This document shows, piece by piece, positions 37,801 to 51,852 of a DNA stretch of 64,000 nt. The position numbers and the translations under genes are program-made. How positions within the stretch are numbered: position 1 is the stretch's first letter; each line of letters begins with the position of its first letter. The DNA is from Octopus vulgaris. Its lineage: Eukaryota. Location of the stretch: positions 1,116,001 through 1,180,000 of the forward strand of contig OX597830.1 of the NCBI GenBank assembly GCA_951406725.2, in the 5' to 3' direction. The notes beneath the pieces were generated by a model, which saw nothing but the letters and a program-made list of their open reading frames with translations, made no database searches and was not told where the DNA came from.

Positions 37801-40080
37801 ACTTGCATGCTGAATGCCAGAGCCTTTATTTATTCCGAGGTATTTGTAAGTTTATTCCTGCTTGAGATCTCTTATGACTGTCTCAAAACCCAACACAACT
37901 GAATGTGAGGTCTTCAATTTCCCTTTCTAGAAGGTGGTTTGGCACATTTATCAAGACCAAATACCATCCCAATGTCATCACTGAATGTTTTCACAGTAGG
38001 TAGTCGTCCTTCAAGCTCATTATCGCTTTTGCCATAGAGTTTTAAGTCATCCATCTAAAATAGATGATATTTTCGTGACGCCAATTTTATATCCATATGC
38101 TGTTCTGTTACATTCACTTGTAAGGCGTATTAGAGCTATGTAGAAACTTAAAGGTGAACGTGAGTCACCTTGGAAAATTTCGCAGGTGATATTAATATTT
38201 TTTGTGGTCAGTACTCCATTGGAGTGGTATAGTTGGAGATTCGTATTCCACATGTTGTGAATCAGGAAGTTTGAAATCACAGGAGAAATTTTGAAGACAG
38301 CCAGCGATTTCAGGATCCATGAATGCGATCTGCTGTCGAAGGCCTTTATAATCAAATTATGCAGAACTGAGATTTCTGCGTTTGTTAAGACGGTTCTCAA
38401 GGATAATGCGATTGATAACGAGTTGATCTTTGCATCCATAAGAGCCTCGTCGGTATCCTTTTTGTTCAGTGAGGAAAATATCGTTCTGTTCCATAAATTT
38501 GTATGTTTTCTTCTCAAGGTAGATAGACATGTTTATGGGCCGATAATTTTGGGGAAATTTGATTTCAGTATTCTTCGGGAGTAAGTATGTAATAAATCTT
38601 GTTAACGAATCAGGAGTTTCCGTAGGATCTCTCATAATTTCATTAAAGAAACTGGACTAACTTTTCATGAGCGCACGGGAGCGAGACGAGCTAGAAATTT
38701 GGCATCCTATCATTACCAAGTGATTTCCGCTTATGAGCCTTCGTGGGGATCATCCTTAGATTTGCTATTGTGATGTCTTCGCATGCTTGCTCTGTTAAAT
38801 TTTGGTAGGATTTTTCTGTGTCTAATCCAGTCTGCATTTTCATAGTAAGTCTTTTCATCACTCCAAATATTTTTCCGGAAGTTTCAGCCTCTTCCATCGC
38901 AATGGGGGTGGGGGTCTTCAACGGTTATTTTCTCCTCCTCTATTTCTCTGTACAATTTTTTTCGCATTGGATGTGAACAGTTTGTTTGTAGAATTTGTTT
39001 CTCTTCTCAAATCTTCGTATTCTCTGCGTTTTTGCTAGGACTTTTTTTATTGCAGTTTCTTTTGCTGAAAATAGTTCTTCCCTTGGTGCGAATCTCTGTT
39101 TTCTCGTCATATTTCTGCCTTTTCTGGTTTTTACATCGTTTCCACAGATTAGTTCATTCAATATTGATATTTCACCTCTCATTATTTCAATCTCTTTTTT
39201 TTTTACTTTGCAGTTCTCAGATTTGTGTTTCTTTGCTTGTTCAGAGGCATACAACTGGTTTCAATTGTCTTAGCAGCTGCGTAAATAATTTCATTTAATT
39301 GAGTAAGACCTTCAATAATTTTCTTTGTTACATAGTTTCAAATTTTAATTTGTTTTCTATTTTGGATTGTATTTGAGAGCTTATGAAGTGGTTCTCTATC
39401 ATGCATATTGGCGTGTATTACAACTTCAAAGCTTATTCAGGATTTTCTGCTTCAGTTCTAACATAAATTTAAATATTGTTTCTTTGCCACTTTCTTCGCT
39501 ATCTTCATCAGGTTCTTTACAATTTAGATCTACAGACGTTTATGTGTTGTGGTCAGATGGCAGTCTTTCAATTGAAACTCGTGAAGAGTTGCTCTCTTCG
39601 TCTGGTTCTTCATTTCCTTGTTGTCTTATATTTAGGTCATTTTCAGCTGCGTGCTTGATCGCAGTTATTTCACTATCTGTGAGTCTTTTATTTCCGAAGA
39701 TATCCCTCCTAACATTTGGTAACTTGTTTTCGTCCAAATACATTCTGCTGTCTTGATTTCGTGTTCTCCATATTTGATAAGAGTGTGCAGTGTGTTTCTC
39801 TTCAGATGGTCCGCCTAATGCATAATAATAGGCATATATTACTTCTGTATACTCTTCTCGGGTCCATTTGAACCTCTTACATTTTTCTTTCAGTGGTGGG
39901 TGTGGTAGTGGACTTGGAGGGCTGATTTCAGGCAGTTCCCGTCCAAGTGATCATTCAGGTTCGTATTCAAAGAAGAGTTTGTGTCAGTGGATGATTGTTC
40001 GATCCCAGGGTAGTTCTCTCCTCAGTGACGCACTTCCAGATTAACCATAAGACAAGCGATTTGGTGTACTGTTGTAGCTT
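34820..40080 (-). mobile_element. Degenerate near-full-length R4/Dong-like RLE retrotransposon, interrupted by a 1.9-kb insertion (35809-37716)
   Basis: FKWTREEY (N-terminus), NYRPI, EQKGYRRGSYGCKDQL, KAFDS, IFQGDS.SPL, HHPKAD, KPLHG, then RLE RPDL..IVDVACPFD and LQKIYLLGTVRIIRK. Starts beside (TGA/TAA)n. Confidence 0.82.
35809..37716 (-). mobile_element. ORF1-only (gag-like zinc knuckle) non-autonomous retroelement with Tx1-like 3' tail, inserted in the R4 element
   Basis: Broken ORF 37651-36097 with CYLCGSRAHIRKEC and a K/E-rich tract; no RT. 3' end ...gccccttgtgggtaggaataaaaca. aaggaat is duplicated at both junctions and the host R4 frame resumes (NKVLAI|NSLVVSVIYSF). Confidence 0.75.
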
Positions 40081-40309
40081 ATTATCATCATCATCATCAT
40101 CATCATATACACACAGCAGATTAGACTGATGGAAAAGATTATTATTATCATTGTTATTCTGAAAGTCTCTCGAATTGTTCGTAATTACCGGTTTAACTTT
40201 CCTTGAAATCAGGGCATAACAAATCACCAACGCTTTCAATTAGAGCCTTCTCCCGTGACTCCTATTATCATTATTATCATTATTATTATTATTATTATTA
40301 TTATAATGT

Positions 40310-41095
40310 GATGAAAACTTACAGCTTATCCTGCCGGGTATGATGGAAAGTGTCTGCTGTCCACAGCCAGCAGACTAAGGTGACACTTGTTTAATGTTCA
40401 TGCGTCAAGAACCCTGCAACAACGTCTTGCAGTTCCACCCTTGCACCAATCCTTTTTTAGCCTTGTTAGATGTTGAGTGCTGATACTTCCAAGGGCACCA
40501 ATTACTATTGCTATCTCGTCTACTCTCCTCATTGACCACAACCTTCGTATTTCTCACTTCAAGTCATCATAGTTGTTTATTTTTTCTTCTTCTTTCACAT
40601 TGATCCTGTTGTCACCGGGGCATGCTATGTCGATTATTAAACATGTTCTTTCTTTTTTATTCACCACAACAATGTCCGGTTTCTGCTCTCTGTTCAGAGG
40701 ATCACACTGGATCATTGCATCTCACAGGATTTTGCAATTCTCATTACCGGTGAATCCTTCCGGGGTTTCGTCATACCAAGTATTTGCTGCTCGTTACACA
40801 GAGCTCCCAAAAGATCATTTTGCCACATTGTCATGGCGTCTTGTCTAATTGCGTTATGCCAGTTTCAGGCCAGTTTCGCTAACGATATGCCATACCGTCT
40901 CACCACATATTCTCCACTTGTCGATGTTGGTAGTGTCGTCAATTCTGCACTTAACTTAGTTGATTCTTGACGCTTGTCCTTGAGCTGCGCATGTGACTGC
41001 TTTTGTTTATCTTCAGGTTGCTCCTCCTTATCCGTCATGGTGTTCAAATTTCTTCCAAACTGATCGAACATTTTAAGAATTTTGTTGGGGTAAGA
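40310..41095 (-). mobile_element. R4/Dong-like 3' fragment (RLE domain) between (ATT)n tracts
   Basis: RRHDNVAK, KPDIVVVNKKERTCLIIDIACPGD and IVIGALG motifs. Confidence 0.82.
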
Positions 41096-41108
41096 TATGA
41101 ATTATTAA

Positions 41109-41184
<76 letters not shown>

Positions 41185-41185
<1 letters not shown>

Positions 41186-42470
41186 TATGTTTGACTTTTG
41201 CTTTACATTTGTACAAGCTGGCTCCAAGTCTCACCCAGAGACCTCAAGGGACAACAAGTTGGAAGTTCATGTTGATGTTATGCCTATGTTGCCATATATT
41301 TGGTTTTGTACTTAGTGTTGTACTAGTGAGTGCCTAAAAAAAACATACGAAAATTATGTTTGTTTTAACACTTGAGATTACAAAGAAAGTATTTTGCGTA
41401 GGATATGAGCAGTTCCCATGAGCACTATCTTTTGAATTTCTGCCATTTTGAGGTTTCCTGGTATCTTAGTTAGGTAGCAATCAGCCCCTTTCGCTATCAT
41501 TCCCATGGCACCTATGACAACGGGTATTGTCTTAGTCTTCAGGTTCCACATTTTGCTAATTTCTATTTCCAGATCTTTATATTTGCTCAGTTTCTGGTAG
41601 GTCTTGACAGATACGTTTATATCGATTGGGACAGTCATATCAATGAGGAGGCATGTTCTTTGTCTGAAGTCTTTCAATATGATGTCTGGCCTATTCTCGT
41701 CTATCTTTCTGTCAGTTTGAATGGTGAAGTTCCAGAGGAGTGAGATGTGGTCATTTTCAAGCACTGGAGGTGGTTTGTGTTCCCACCAGTTTTTATCATG
41801 GGGCAAATCCAGGTTTCTGAAAATTACCCAGTGAATATATTGTGCAGCTCTATCATGCCTGTTGAGATACTCTGTAGGCGCTAGAAGACTGCATTTGGTG
41901 ACAACATGATCAATGGTTTCATTTTGTTGTTGACATACACTCATGTTGGGCTACTGCCGTTCTATGTTGGCCTGGTAGTTCCTTGTAGGTAGGCATTGAT
42001 CTTGAGCTGCTATGATAAACCCTTCTGTTTCAGATTTTAAGCCAGGGGCCATTAGCCTTTGATGGGTCAGGGCTTTGTCAACATCTGCATTATTCACTCT
42101 CTTTGGGTATTTGCCATTGAGAGGTTTTTCTTGCCATTTATCATTTGGAATATCTAAGGCAGCAGTTTTAGCACGGGTTTTCATGCGCTTAGCTTTTTCT
42201 GTGCTTGTTCCTTGTGTGTCCGGAATTCACTTAGATATTCCTTTGCCTGTTTTGTTACTGAGTATGATGCTTTCTTGTTTCCATGTTTTGAGACAAGTTT
42301 TAACATCCAGTCCTCAGAGTTTTTCAGGTAGGTGTCTAGGCCAATTGTTGCAACCTTCATTGTTATTGCCAGTTGCAAAAGCCCACGGCCACCCTCTTTT
42401 CTTGGTAGATAAAGTCGTTCTATATCTGCTTTAGGGTGGTGCATTCTATGCATTGTCAACAGTTTTCGTA
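41185..42470 (-). mobile_element. 5'-truncated R4/Dong retrotransposon (CCHC + restriction-like endonuclease + 3' UTR) inserted in (TAA)n
   Basis: HHPKADIERLYLPRKEGGRGL, LKSETEGFIIAAQDQ, ETIDHVVTKC, RHD, RPDI..IDMTVP..KLSKYKDL. Pure (ATT)n on both flanks. Confidence 0.93.
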
Positions 42471-42526
42471 TTTTATTATTATTATTATTATTATTATCAT
42501 TATTATTATTATTATCATTATCATCA

Positions 42527-42564
<38 letters not shown>

Positions 42565-42592
42565 GTTGTTGTTGTTGTCGTCATTATTATTA

Positions 42593-42622
<30 letters not shown>

Positions 42623-42625
<3 letters not shown>

Positions 42626-42780
42626 GTTTGGCTTTTGCTTTGTATAAGTTGACTCCAAATCTCACCCAAAGTCCTCAAGAGACACCATGTTAGAGGTTCA
42701 AATCGGTATTATGACTAAGGTACGATATTTGTTTTTGGTTTTTGCACAGAGTTTTATTCTAGCGAGTGTCTGTTTAAACG
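42623..42780 (-). mobile_element. Very short 3'-UTR-only copy of a related Dong-like element
   Basis: Aligns by eye to 41186-41340 (tatgtttg.cttttgcttt..ctccaa.tctcaccca) and abuts (ATT)n. Confidence 0.7.
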
Positions 42781-44086
42781 TAAAATAAACATTTCTCTTA
42801 AAAGTAATTTCATGATAATTTGATAGTGAGATCTTAAGACGATAATAAAAAGTGTTTGTTGTTATGTTCATTTAAAATGTACTTTCGATAATGTGTGTTC
42901 ACAAAGTAAAATAATTTTGGAATTACGCAGCTATTTATTATTGTAATTGTTCAACATTTGGTAGTTCTGGGCAAATTTCTCCTGCATTTCCTGCAACACC
43001 TTCGTGCTGCTGTTGTGTGTGCAGCATAGTCTGTTCCTCTTCCGTTGTTAGGGGTTTGCAAAATCTTCTCGGCATTGTATATAACATTGACAGAAATATG
43101 GAAGTGTTTTGATGAGTTTGTAATTCGCATGGCTAAGCTATATACATGAGAACGTTTTTATGGCAGTATATTTATCTGAATTCTTCTACAACCCCATTTT
43201 AATAAGAGGACAGAGGGCATGTTTTGCTAATTAAAAACTTTTGTGTTGTTGAAATTATATAATATGACAACAAATATTTCTGCAACTGTGCTATGAATTA
43301 GCAGAGATGTAAAAACTTCAGATGGAATTTCTCGCTGTATTTGTTCTGTCACTTCGATTTAAAATCTCATTAGGTTCACATTTCCTCATGTAATCGTTTA
43401 TAAAGTGTTACCATCCGAGGGCAATGGTTTAGTACTGTTTGAGCTTCGAGCGAAATTGCTTGCAGTGACTTTTCATTTTCATAGCGTTTTCAGTGCAAAT
43501 TTCTCCTAAAATGGTCACATCAATCTGTTATATGGAATAGGTCTCCGAATGAAACGGTATATTACTGGTATGGAATCTGAGTCTTCGAAAACCAAATGAG
43601 TTTGGGATGTGATCAAAACAGCAATATTCTATCCACGGCTGGGTAAACCGACAATCCGTTGGCCACATTGTGTAAGAAAAATACAACGCGAAAACAGTGT
43701 TGTCTATTATAAGCAGAGAAAGCTATTAGTAAAGACTAGAATCTGTGTCAGCTAATGAGGCTATTCTATGACTAGATGATAGTCTGAGGGTATGATCTGT
43801 TTCGGTACCGAGGTAAAAGAAAATCAACTAAAACAAAAATATGTGTACCTTATTCAGTATCATAAAACCAATAGCTATAAGATATACTATAGAACTTTTC
43901 ATTGTCTTTATTCATTTCAATTTATACTTGTTCATTTTTTTTTGTGTACCTATTCCTGTTTTGTAGCTTTATGCATGTACAAAGACCATTCCTCATTTTG
44001 TCCACGTATGATAGATTCATCTCCTTACATAGAAATAATATCAATTCGTCAAGCTAACTTGTATGTTGTCAATCCGTCTAACCATC

Positions 44087-44134
<48 letters not shown>

Positions 44135-44376
44135 TCGTCCATTTTCCTATCTACATGATTATTCATATACTTTAAACAACTATCTGTTCATCTATGTCAA
44201 TTGTCCTGATACCATCATCTCTTTCTCTTTCTCACACTGTCTGCTTTTCTCCCCCCCTCTCTCTCTAGTTCTATATTGTTCATGCTGTTCCTTTTCAATA
44301 TTATGTTTCCTTTCAATCTTCATCAATTCCTATTTCTAACTATTCCTCAGTGTATCTGCTGCGTACACCAATGGAT

Positions 44377-44419
<43 letters not shown>

Positions 44420-45954
44420 TTCTCTCACGCACACTCACACAGGCATACACTCCCTCACACACACACACACACTTCTGCCCCACTACATGTATAGCCCAAA
44501 GCTCCTATTACCTAATCAATCACTCAGGCGAGCAGCCAGCCAAAAGCATATCTTTCTTTCGTTTTTATTGGTTATTCTCAATTGTTATTGTTATTTCCTA
44601 TTGGCTTTCTCTAAATATTAATGTTTTTGTTTTGGCTTATCTTACGGTCAGTAGACTTTCATATATAACCAATTCTCTGACCCCATACATCAACATTCGT
44701 CTTATTGGCAGCTGCTTCTCATGCACTGAGTTGTCCCCCAGGCAAATCAATCAGCATTCCCCTTAACCTTCGCATTTCGCTTTTCATATGAAACTATTTA
44801 TTTACGCTCTTTAAAAACAAAACAAAACAACTTTATCCTCTATTTTATGAACTATCTTCCCTATGTACTCATAACACTGAAATATGTTGTGGAATAGTTT
44901 TAGGATATTTTATATTTGCCTTTTGAGAAATTCTTTTTGTTTTCCTTTTTCGATGAAGAAAAAACAAAAGCATTTGTATGCTAATGTCAAAGAAAATCAT
45001 ACATATTTTGACGTCGCCTCTGGCATTCTAGCATTTGTCTACAGATAGAAAAAAATCTATATATATGCAGGGTAAATTTCTATAATTCATTAAAAAAATA
45101 TGTTATGTAAAAACCCACAACAAAATGATATAAAAACTGCACGGTACATTATTTTCAGAAAAACTTAAAAATTATTTATTATTAACATGGATCAGTAACA
45201 CGCTGAGAGAACTAGGAATGGAAATAGCTACGAGAGCATTATACAGGGAATGCTGTCATTCTAGAGCTGAGATAAACAAACTGGCTGGGTATCTCACAGT
45301 GGTTGCAGATAAATTTCCTGTTATTGGTGATTTTGAATGAAAGAATTATCTAGTTGCTAACAGGTGGGAGTAGGCTCAGCGGTATACTCTCATGCTTCGT
45401 ACTGGTGAAGTCTCGTAATTTCGTGCTCTAAATCTAGAAAAGAACTTATTTAAAATCGAGTCGGTAAATAAACCATTATCAATTATATAATAATACTGTG
45501 TTTTTATATCAGTGAGTTGTATCAATATTTGCTGTAAGGTTATATCTAAATACAGAGAATTATCAGAGATTTAAGTGTGTTAGCCATGAATATTCACAGT
45601 AGTGATATGTAATGCCACCCTTTAACCGTTCACATGGTGAGCCGACATTTTATTGACTTTGTCTACCGTCTGCAGTGAACGTGTTGTGGACTAATTAGTA
45701 ATAATATTTTTAGATGGCTGATTTCAAAGAAATAATTCTCAGATAGATTCTCAGTATAGGTACTGGTCATCAGTGGTTTGGAGTGCTGAATTTATAAAAG
45801 CATTCCTATTCCAAGAATACCTTGCGATCAAAATTTAAATGGAATCAGCTGGAAAGCTGTGTATCAGCGTAGCTGCTTGTTTCTGAATAAGACAAGCAAA
45901 ATATGAAACTAAGTAAAACTGGATCACTTATTAGGTTTTCCATTAAATACAATC

Positions 45955-48900
45955 ACACACACACACATACACAGATTGGAAAGTTCTGAGGATAGATGTG
46001 CACATTCTGCGGGCAACATTGACTTTCTTGTTGATGTGCACACTCCATCTAAGGTTGCTGTCGACAGTTACACCTAAGTTTCTGATATTATTCGACGGTT
46101 CAAATAGGTCTCCCGACGGTGGTGTATACGGTTCTTTGAGTGTGACCTCTTTTCTAAAGTGGATGAGCTCAAATTGGTCTTCGTTCGACTGCATATTTTT
46201 TGTGCCCACGCGGTTACTGCGCATAGATTCGATTGAAGAACCTGGAGCTTAGAGTCATCTGCAAATATTTTAATGGTACTATGTCCAATGGAATTTGCAA
46301 TATCACTGATATAGACAATAAAAGGAAGTGAACCCAGCAGAGTACCCTGCGGGACTCCACTGATGACTTTTGCTGGACTTGAGTGTATGCCATCAACCAC
46401 AACATGCTGGGTCCTGTTTGTTAGGAACTAACTAATCCATTGAAGTAGCTCTCCACCGATTCCTGCGTTGGATAGTTTCCTTGACAGTATATTGTGGTTG
46501 ATTCTATCAAAGGCCTTGCTGAAATCAAGGTATATGACATCGGCGTTGGAGCCCTCACTCAGTACATTTAAGATGTCATCAAAGTGTTGGAGGAGCTGTG
46601 TTAGACAGTCCCTCCCACCATGAAAGCCATGCTAGTTGCAATTTAGGAGATGAGTTTGTTCTAGAAAGGCTGTTATTCTTGATCTCAACACTGATGATAT
46701 GAGAGTTGAGTGAAATTGGACGGTAGTTTACAGGGAGCGATTTATACCCCTTTTTAATGATAGGAGCGACTGACTGGGAGAGAAGGTTTTGAAGAATAAA
46801 ACCGGCATCCAGTGATTTTCTCCAGAGATGTGCAAGAAGAACTTCAAGTTGCTGTCTGTATCCCTTCATCACTTTAGCAGGGAACCTGTCCGGACCCACT
46901 GCTGAATCAGACTTGATTTCTTTTATTGCTGCTAGGATATCAGTGGCGTCAAAGGTTTTGTCGGAAAGCACATGTTGAGGATTAAAAGAAGCAAAGCTGC
47001 TTGAGTCAACTGAATTAGGTCACTGTAAACAGAGCGGCATTGACTTTGTAGGACCTCAGCCAAATCTTTGGCATCTCTGCGAAAGATGCTGTTTCCGTTA
47101 ACCAGTGGGCCGATAGGGGGAACTGTAGCCCTATGTGTTTTTGCAAAGGAGTAAAATACCTTAGGATCATTCTTGATGTTTTTAATAGCCCAGGCTTCCT
47201 CTGCAGCTCTTTGGTCGTTTATGATGATTGCCATACATCCCTGAAGTTGTTGCTTCCCTGATTCTAAGATTGTTAATACTCGCGATTGGGGGTGATGCGG
47301 GTGGTGGTATTTTAGTGTATTGATTTTTCGGTTTATTCTTTTTATTCCCCTGGCGAGCTCTTTTCTCTGCTTTGGAATCATGTTAGTTATGAGGATGTTT
47401 TAAGCATATGTGGGTGAATGCGTTCTCAAATAGTTGCCATGCGTTTGTGTTTGTTGTGGTATTGGAGGAAGCAAGGGTGAAGGACCAGCCCACTTGCGAT
47501 AAGTCTTGAGTGATCACACGCCAGTTTCACCTGTGTAAATTCATATTATCAAATGGGTGGAGTTAGTGATTTATGCCGAAACTTTGGATGCTGAAGACTG
47601 AGGCTACAGGGTACTATGTCATGGTCGGAGAGGGGTTTCTTTCAACTGTGATGTTATAAATAGTGTTAGCATGGTTGGTTAGCATTAGGTCCAAGACACA
47701 TTAGTTGTTTCTGATTGGTTCATGGACGAGTTGTGACACGACAAAATTGTCCATACATTTGAAAAGTAACTCGCTTGGTGCTTCGTATGAGCTTGAGGTG
47801 AAGGTCTTGGTCTAACGATATTAGTGAACCAATCTACATAAGGTAGATTGAAGTTACTCATCATCAGATTATTTCCTGGGTTACATTGCAGGAGGAAAGA
47901 TTTGATCTTCTCGAGGCACTCTCGAAAAGAGTGTAAGAGTGCTTGTATGGGTCTGTAGAGCCGAATCACGGACAGGACTTTACCCTTATTCTGTACAGAG
48001 ACTGATTCGCAGCAGTCGTTGGAGAAAATGACCTTGGAATCTGCGCTGAAAGAATCATGGACGAAAACAGCAACTGCACCCTTTTTTCGGCCGATCAGCA
48101 GTGAAGTCTTTGATTTTCAGTTCAGCCTGTAAATGACAGTCATTTAAGTGGGTAACAATTACATTGAAGAAAGGGATCGGATGTGAGTGTGCAGCAATCT
48201 ATACCCATATTTGAGCTTTGATGGCTGGGTTGATATTTTGGGCTTCAAGGAGGAATGTCGTTGTTAAGACAGCAGCTTCGTTGCGTTTCCTCAGGGTCCG
48301 CACATCATGTTTGTTGTGATTATTGTTGTTGTTGCTACTCAGTGTCACCAGCAAGGATGTTTTTCGCCTTGGGTTAATAGCGGAGATTGAATAATTTTCT
48401 GGATTTCTATCGCCAAATTCAACCTGGCTAAAAAAGAAGTTTGGTCTCTCGAGTCACTGCAGTTATTGTTGCACTGCTGGATGCGGCCGCAAATCATTTT
48501 ATTATTACATTATTTTTTCGGCTGGGTTTTCTGTCCCCTGGTCTATGTGGAGGAAAGGAACTATTTTTTACCAAACCAGGTTTGGCGTGGTTGCATCTGT
48601 TAGGGGAGAGCACTCACAATATTACCACTTTTCTTAGGCCATTCTATTTACTAATGAAGCGTCTAGTTTCCGGTAGGTGGGTAAAAGAGCAGCTCTGTTG
48701 TAATATTGGGATTCCGTTTTGTTGATGTAAGAGGAGTGTGTTGTTGTATGTTTATGGACGTTTCATAGTTGATGTGTCTAGTTCCAAGGTGGCAAATGAA
48801 AAAACAGTCTTGCCGCAAACACATCCTCTCACAGAGGGAATAACTGCAGATTTTTGGGTTACGTCTGTAATTAAATCTTTGTCGTTCATTTGATTAATTT
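45955..48900 (-). mobile_element. Old degenerate CR1/L2-group LINE (ORF1 remnant, APE, RT)
   Basis: PKIC..S...R.C....C CCCH-like remnant (~48780-48860), YRP, NFNLPYVDW, SDH, NYRPISLNSH, YLDFSKAFD, SGVPQG and FADD motifs, with many stops. Confidence 0.88.
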
Positions 48901-50207
48901 CTTAATGGCTCCTTGTGGAGAATAATGTAATAGTTATAGGTTCTCTTTATAAACAACATGGTAATTCATTACACAACATCGCATCAACACGTGGCCAAAT
49001 GGGCCACTTAGGCTTCCACGTTAGGCTTTTTATAGCAGAACATAGAAAGTCGGGTGATTGCAGCACAGTCCTTTGATGAGTGCTGATGGAGGTGGACATT
49101 TTTTGTCTCACGTTTAGCCACAATGTTTGGGTGGTTGTAATATTCCACAAAGTAGACTGGACCAAACCAAAATGAAATGCCTTACTCAGAGGTACTTCGT
49201 GCTACAGGGTCGGGGAATCGAATCTGTGATTTCACCACAGTAATCACAGTGCTTTAAATTGTATGCCGCGTGGTTTCGCGTGCATTCCCCATAACAACAC
49301 TGGCAATGTGTTAATTAATTAATAAGGAGGTCACAGAAACAATTAGAAATCCAGTGATAGATATGAAGTTGAATTTCCATCAGTGAACTTCATGCTTTCC
49401 AGGCCAACGTTGTTGAAAAGAAAAATAATAAAACATTGAAAATATAACAGCGTTCAGTAAAAACTATGAAAATTAGAGTTATTTGGTGTCTCTACGAAAT
49501 GATTTTAATAATTTTTGATGATTCCTAAATTAAACACACAAAGAAATTCCTAAATAGAGTTAACCAGTCTGCAAAGATTCTACAATCATTGCACATTCAC
49601 AGAAAACCGATTCCATATTCGTGTGTCCTTTTCTTTTGGAGATTTTACGTTAGACAGAACCCAACGCGGGATCGAGTATGTCCACCATCTCCATGAATTC
49701 TCGTCCCCGATTCTCCAGGAAATTTCAAAGAGTTTTATTTTCATCATCTTTCAAAGTTTAATTTAATAAAACATAAAATAAATAATTACAATGTCATATA
49801 TCTTCAGTATCATACCTATTTATCTCAACAAAAGCCGGGGAAGAGAAAAAAAAAACCGTAGTGCTAGATATGAATCTAGTTGACTGATGTGGATCATTTA
49901 CAAGACAAATGGATATAAATCACAGAACGATTAGCGAGTTCTTTGAATATATCGATCTTGAATGACAGCTGAATATTCACCACAAGAGTATTTCAATATC
50001 TTGGGACAGAGATATTACCATATTTTCCACTCAACAAAAATATTCATTGAAAAGTTACTGATTCCGAAATTTATTCGTTTGCTATGTATGTGTGTGCGTG
50101 TGTAAGTGTGTGTGTGAGAGAGAGAGTATACATAGACACATATATATATATGTATATATAATACATGTATATGTGTAGGAATATGTAGGTATCCATACAC
50201 ACGCACG

Positions 50208-50245
<38 letters not shown>

Positions 50246-50719
50246 GACAGACAGACAGACAGATAGATAGATAGATCTACAGAAATATATTAAATATATA
50301 ATTTATCTCGTTGTTATTGATATTATAAACTCACACTAAGCGTGTATAATTCCAATATTTATAGCTACCTTATGATTAGAATGGTCAATATCTGGTTCTC
50401 ATCATATTCCCAGATATAGATTAAAAGTAGGTTCATAAATAAGAATCAAAACTGTATTTATTATTAATATTAATAATAAGCGCGCGCACACACACATACA
50501 CGTATATACACTAAAATATACACTAAAATATATATAGACATTTATGCATTTATTATGTATGAACATTATGACTAAATTGTAAGATATTGCATTCAAATTT
50601 TGGCTCAGCTGTTATTTATTTTATCAATCTCGACAGGACGAAAGGCAATGTCATCTAAGGCAGAATTTGAAATCAGAATAAAATGACAGCCGAAACGTGG
50701 GTAAGCGTTTTGAGATCAC

Positions 50720-51380
50720 TAATACGTAGAGTGGATGGATAGTGGGGATGGCTGTATCAATGAAGAGAGAAGGTGGGTAGGTGTAAAGAGAGGAAGTAAG
50801 AGGCAGATGAAGAAAGGCGAGGAAGGTAGTTGAGCTCTTGTGATGCAAAGGAACAAAGAGAAGATTAATTCTTGTTCACGGTGAAGGCGAGAGTCTGGAT
50901 GGCCCCTGTACAAAGATAATCCGAACACAGACAAGTCGTGAATGACCAGTAGAGCGGAAATGGCGTGAGATCGAGGTGTCATTACCGTGTCTGATATTTT
51001 GTAGGTGCTCCGTGAACCGGTCAGCTATATACTGAGAACCGATGTGTTGAGAACCGATGTACAAAGAAAGGCAGAAAGAACAGGAGATATAGTAACTTAC
51101 TTTGCTAAAAGTGCAGGTAAAGGAGTCGGTGATATGTGAGGATGAAGGTTTTGGAGAAGTAGGGTCACGTGCGGTAGCGTAGGCGGGTGCAGGGGAACGA
51201 ATCAGGTTAGGAGGTGGAGTTAGGGAAGAAACTATGGACCAGGAGGTCATGCAATTGTGGGTTTGTTTGAAGGAGGGAAGGTTTAGGCTTGGGAAGATGT
51301 GCGAGGTCGGACTAGAGTCGCAGGTAGGCTCGGAGAAGGATACGTTAGAGGGGCAAATTGGAGGGTAGGTAGGTGAAGGT
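50720..51380 (-). mobile_element. Penelope-like element remnant, GIY-YIG endonuclease region
   Basis: ITDSFTC..SKVSYYISCSFCLSLYIG ... DRFTEHLQNIR...SISRHF...GHS ... RLHREQELIFSL, the PLE-type GIY-YIG pattern. Frameshifted. Confidence 0.85.
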
Positions 51381-51814
51381 ATTTGAACTAAAACTCCGGC
51401 AGGATTTCATCAATTCAGCTGTAATTCTTGTGAAATGTGTCTGTGCAATCAGATTTGGTCAAGAATGCCCAACTGTAAAATCCTTTCCATTACTGGGTCC
51501 GGAGTGATTTACTTTGAAGTTTGTTTTTACAAAAATTGGAGTGAAAAGCCGAAACCTGACGAAGTAATCTCTTGTTTCAGGCTAAAATATGAACCACTGC
51601 GCAAAGCGTAGTTCATTGCTACTTTCGGGTATTTATTGATTTCCTCTATAAATCTGCAGCTATTATTATTATTATTATTATTATAATTATTAATATTATT
51701 ATTATTATCATTATCATTATTATTATCATTATCATTATTATTATTATCATTATTATTATTATTATCATTATTATTATTATTATTATTATTATCATTATTA
51801 TTATTATCATTATC

Positions 51815-51852
<38 letters not shown>

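Noticed and set aside
39960-40080. Possible HDV-like ribozyme at the R4 element 5' end (also considered 57400-57560 and 18160-18202)
   Set aside because: Could not build the nested double pseudoknot by eye; needs a descriptor search.
51545-51585. CTGACGA near the Penelope remnant
   Set aside because: No helix II followed by GAAA in the right order; cannot be folded as an HHR.
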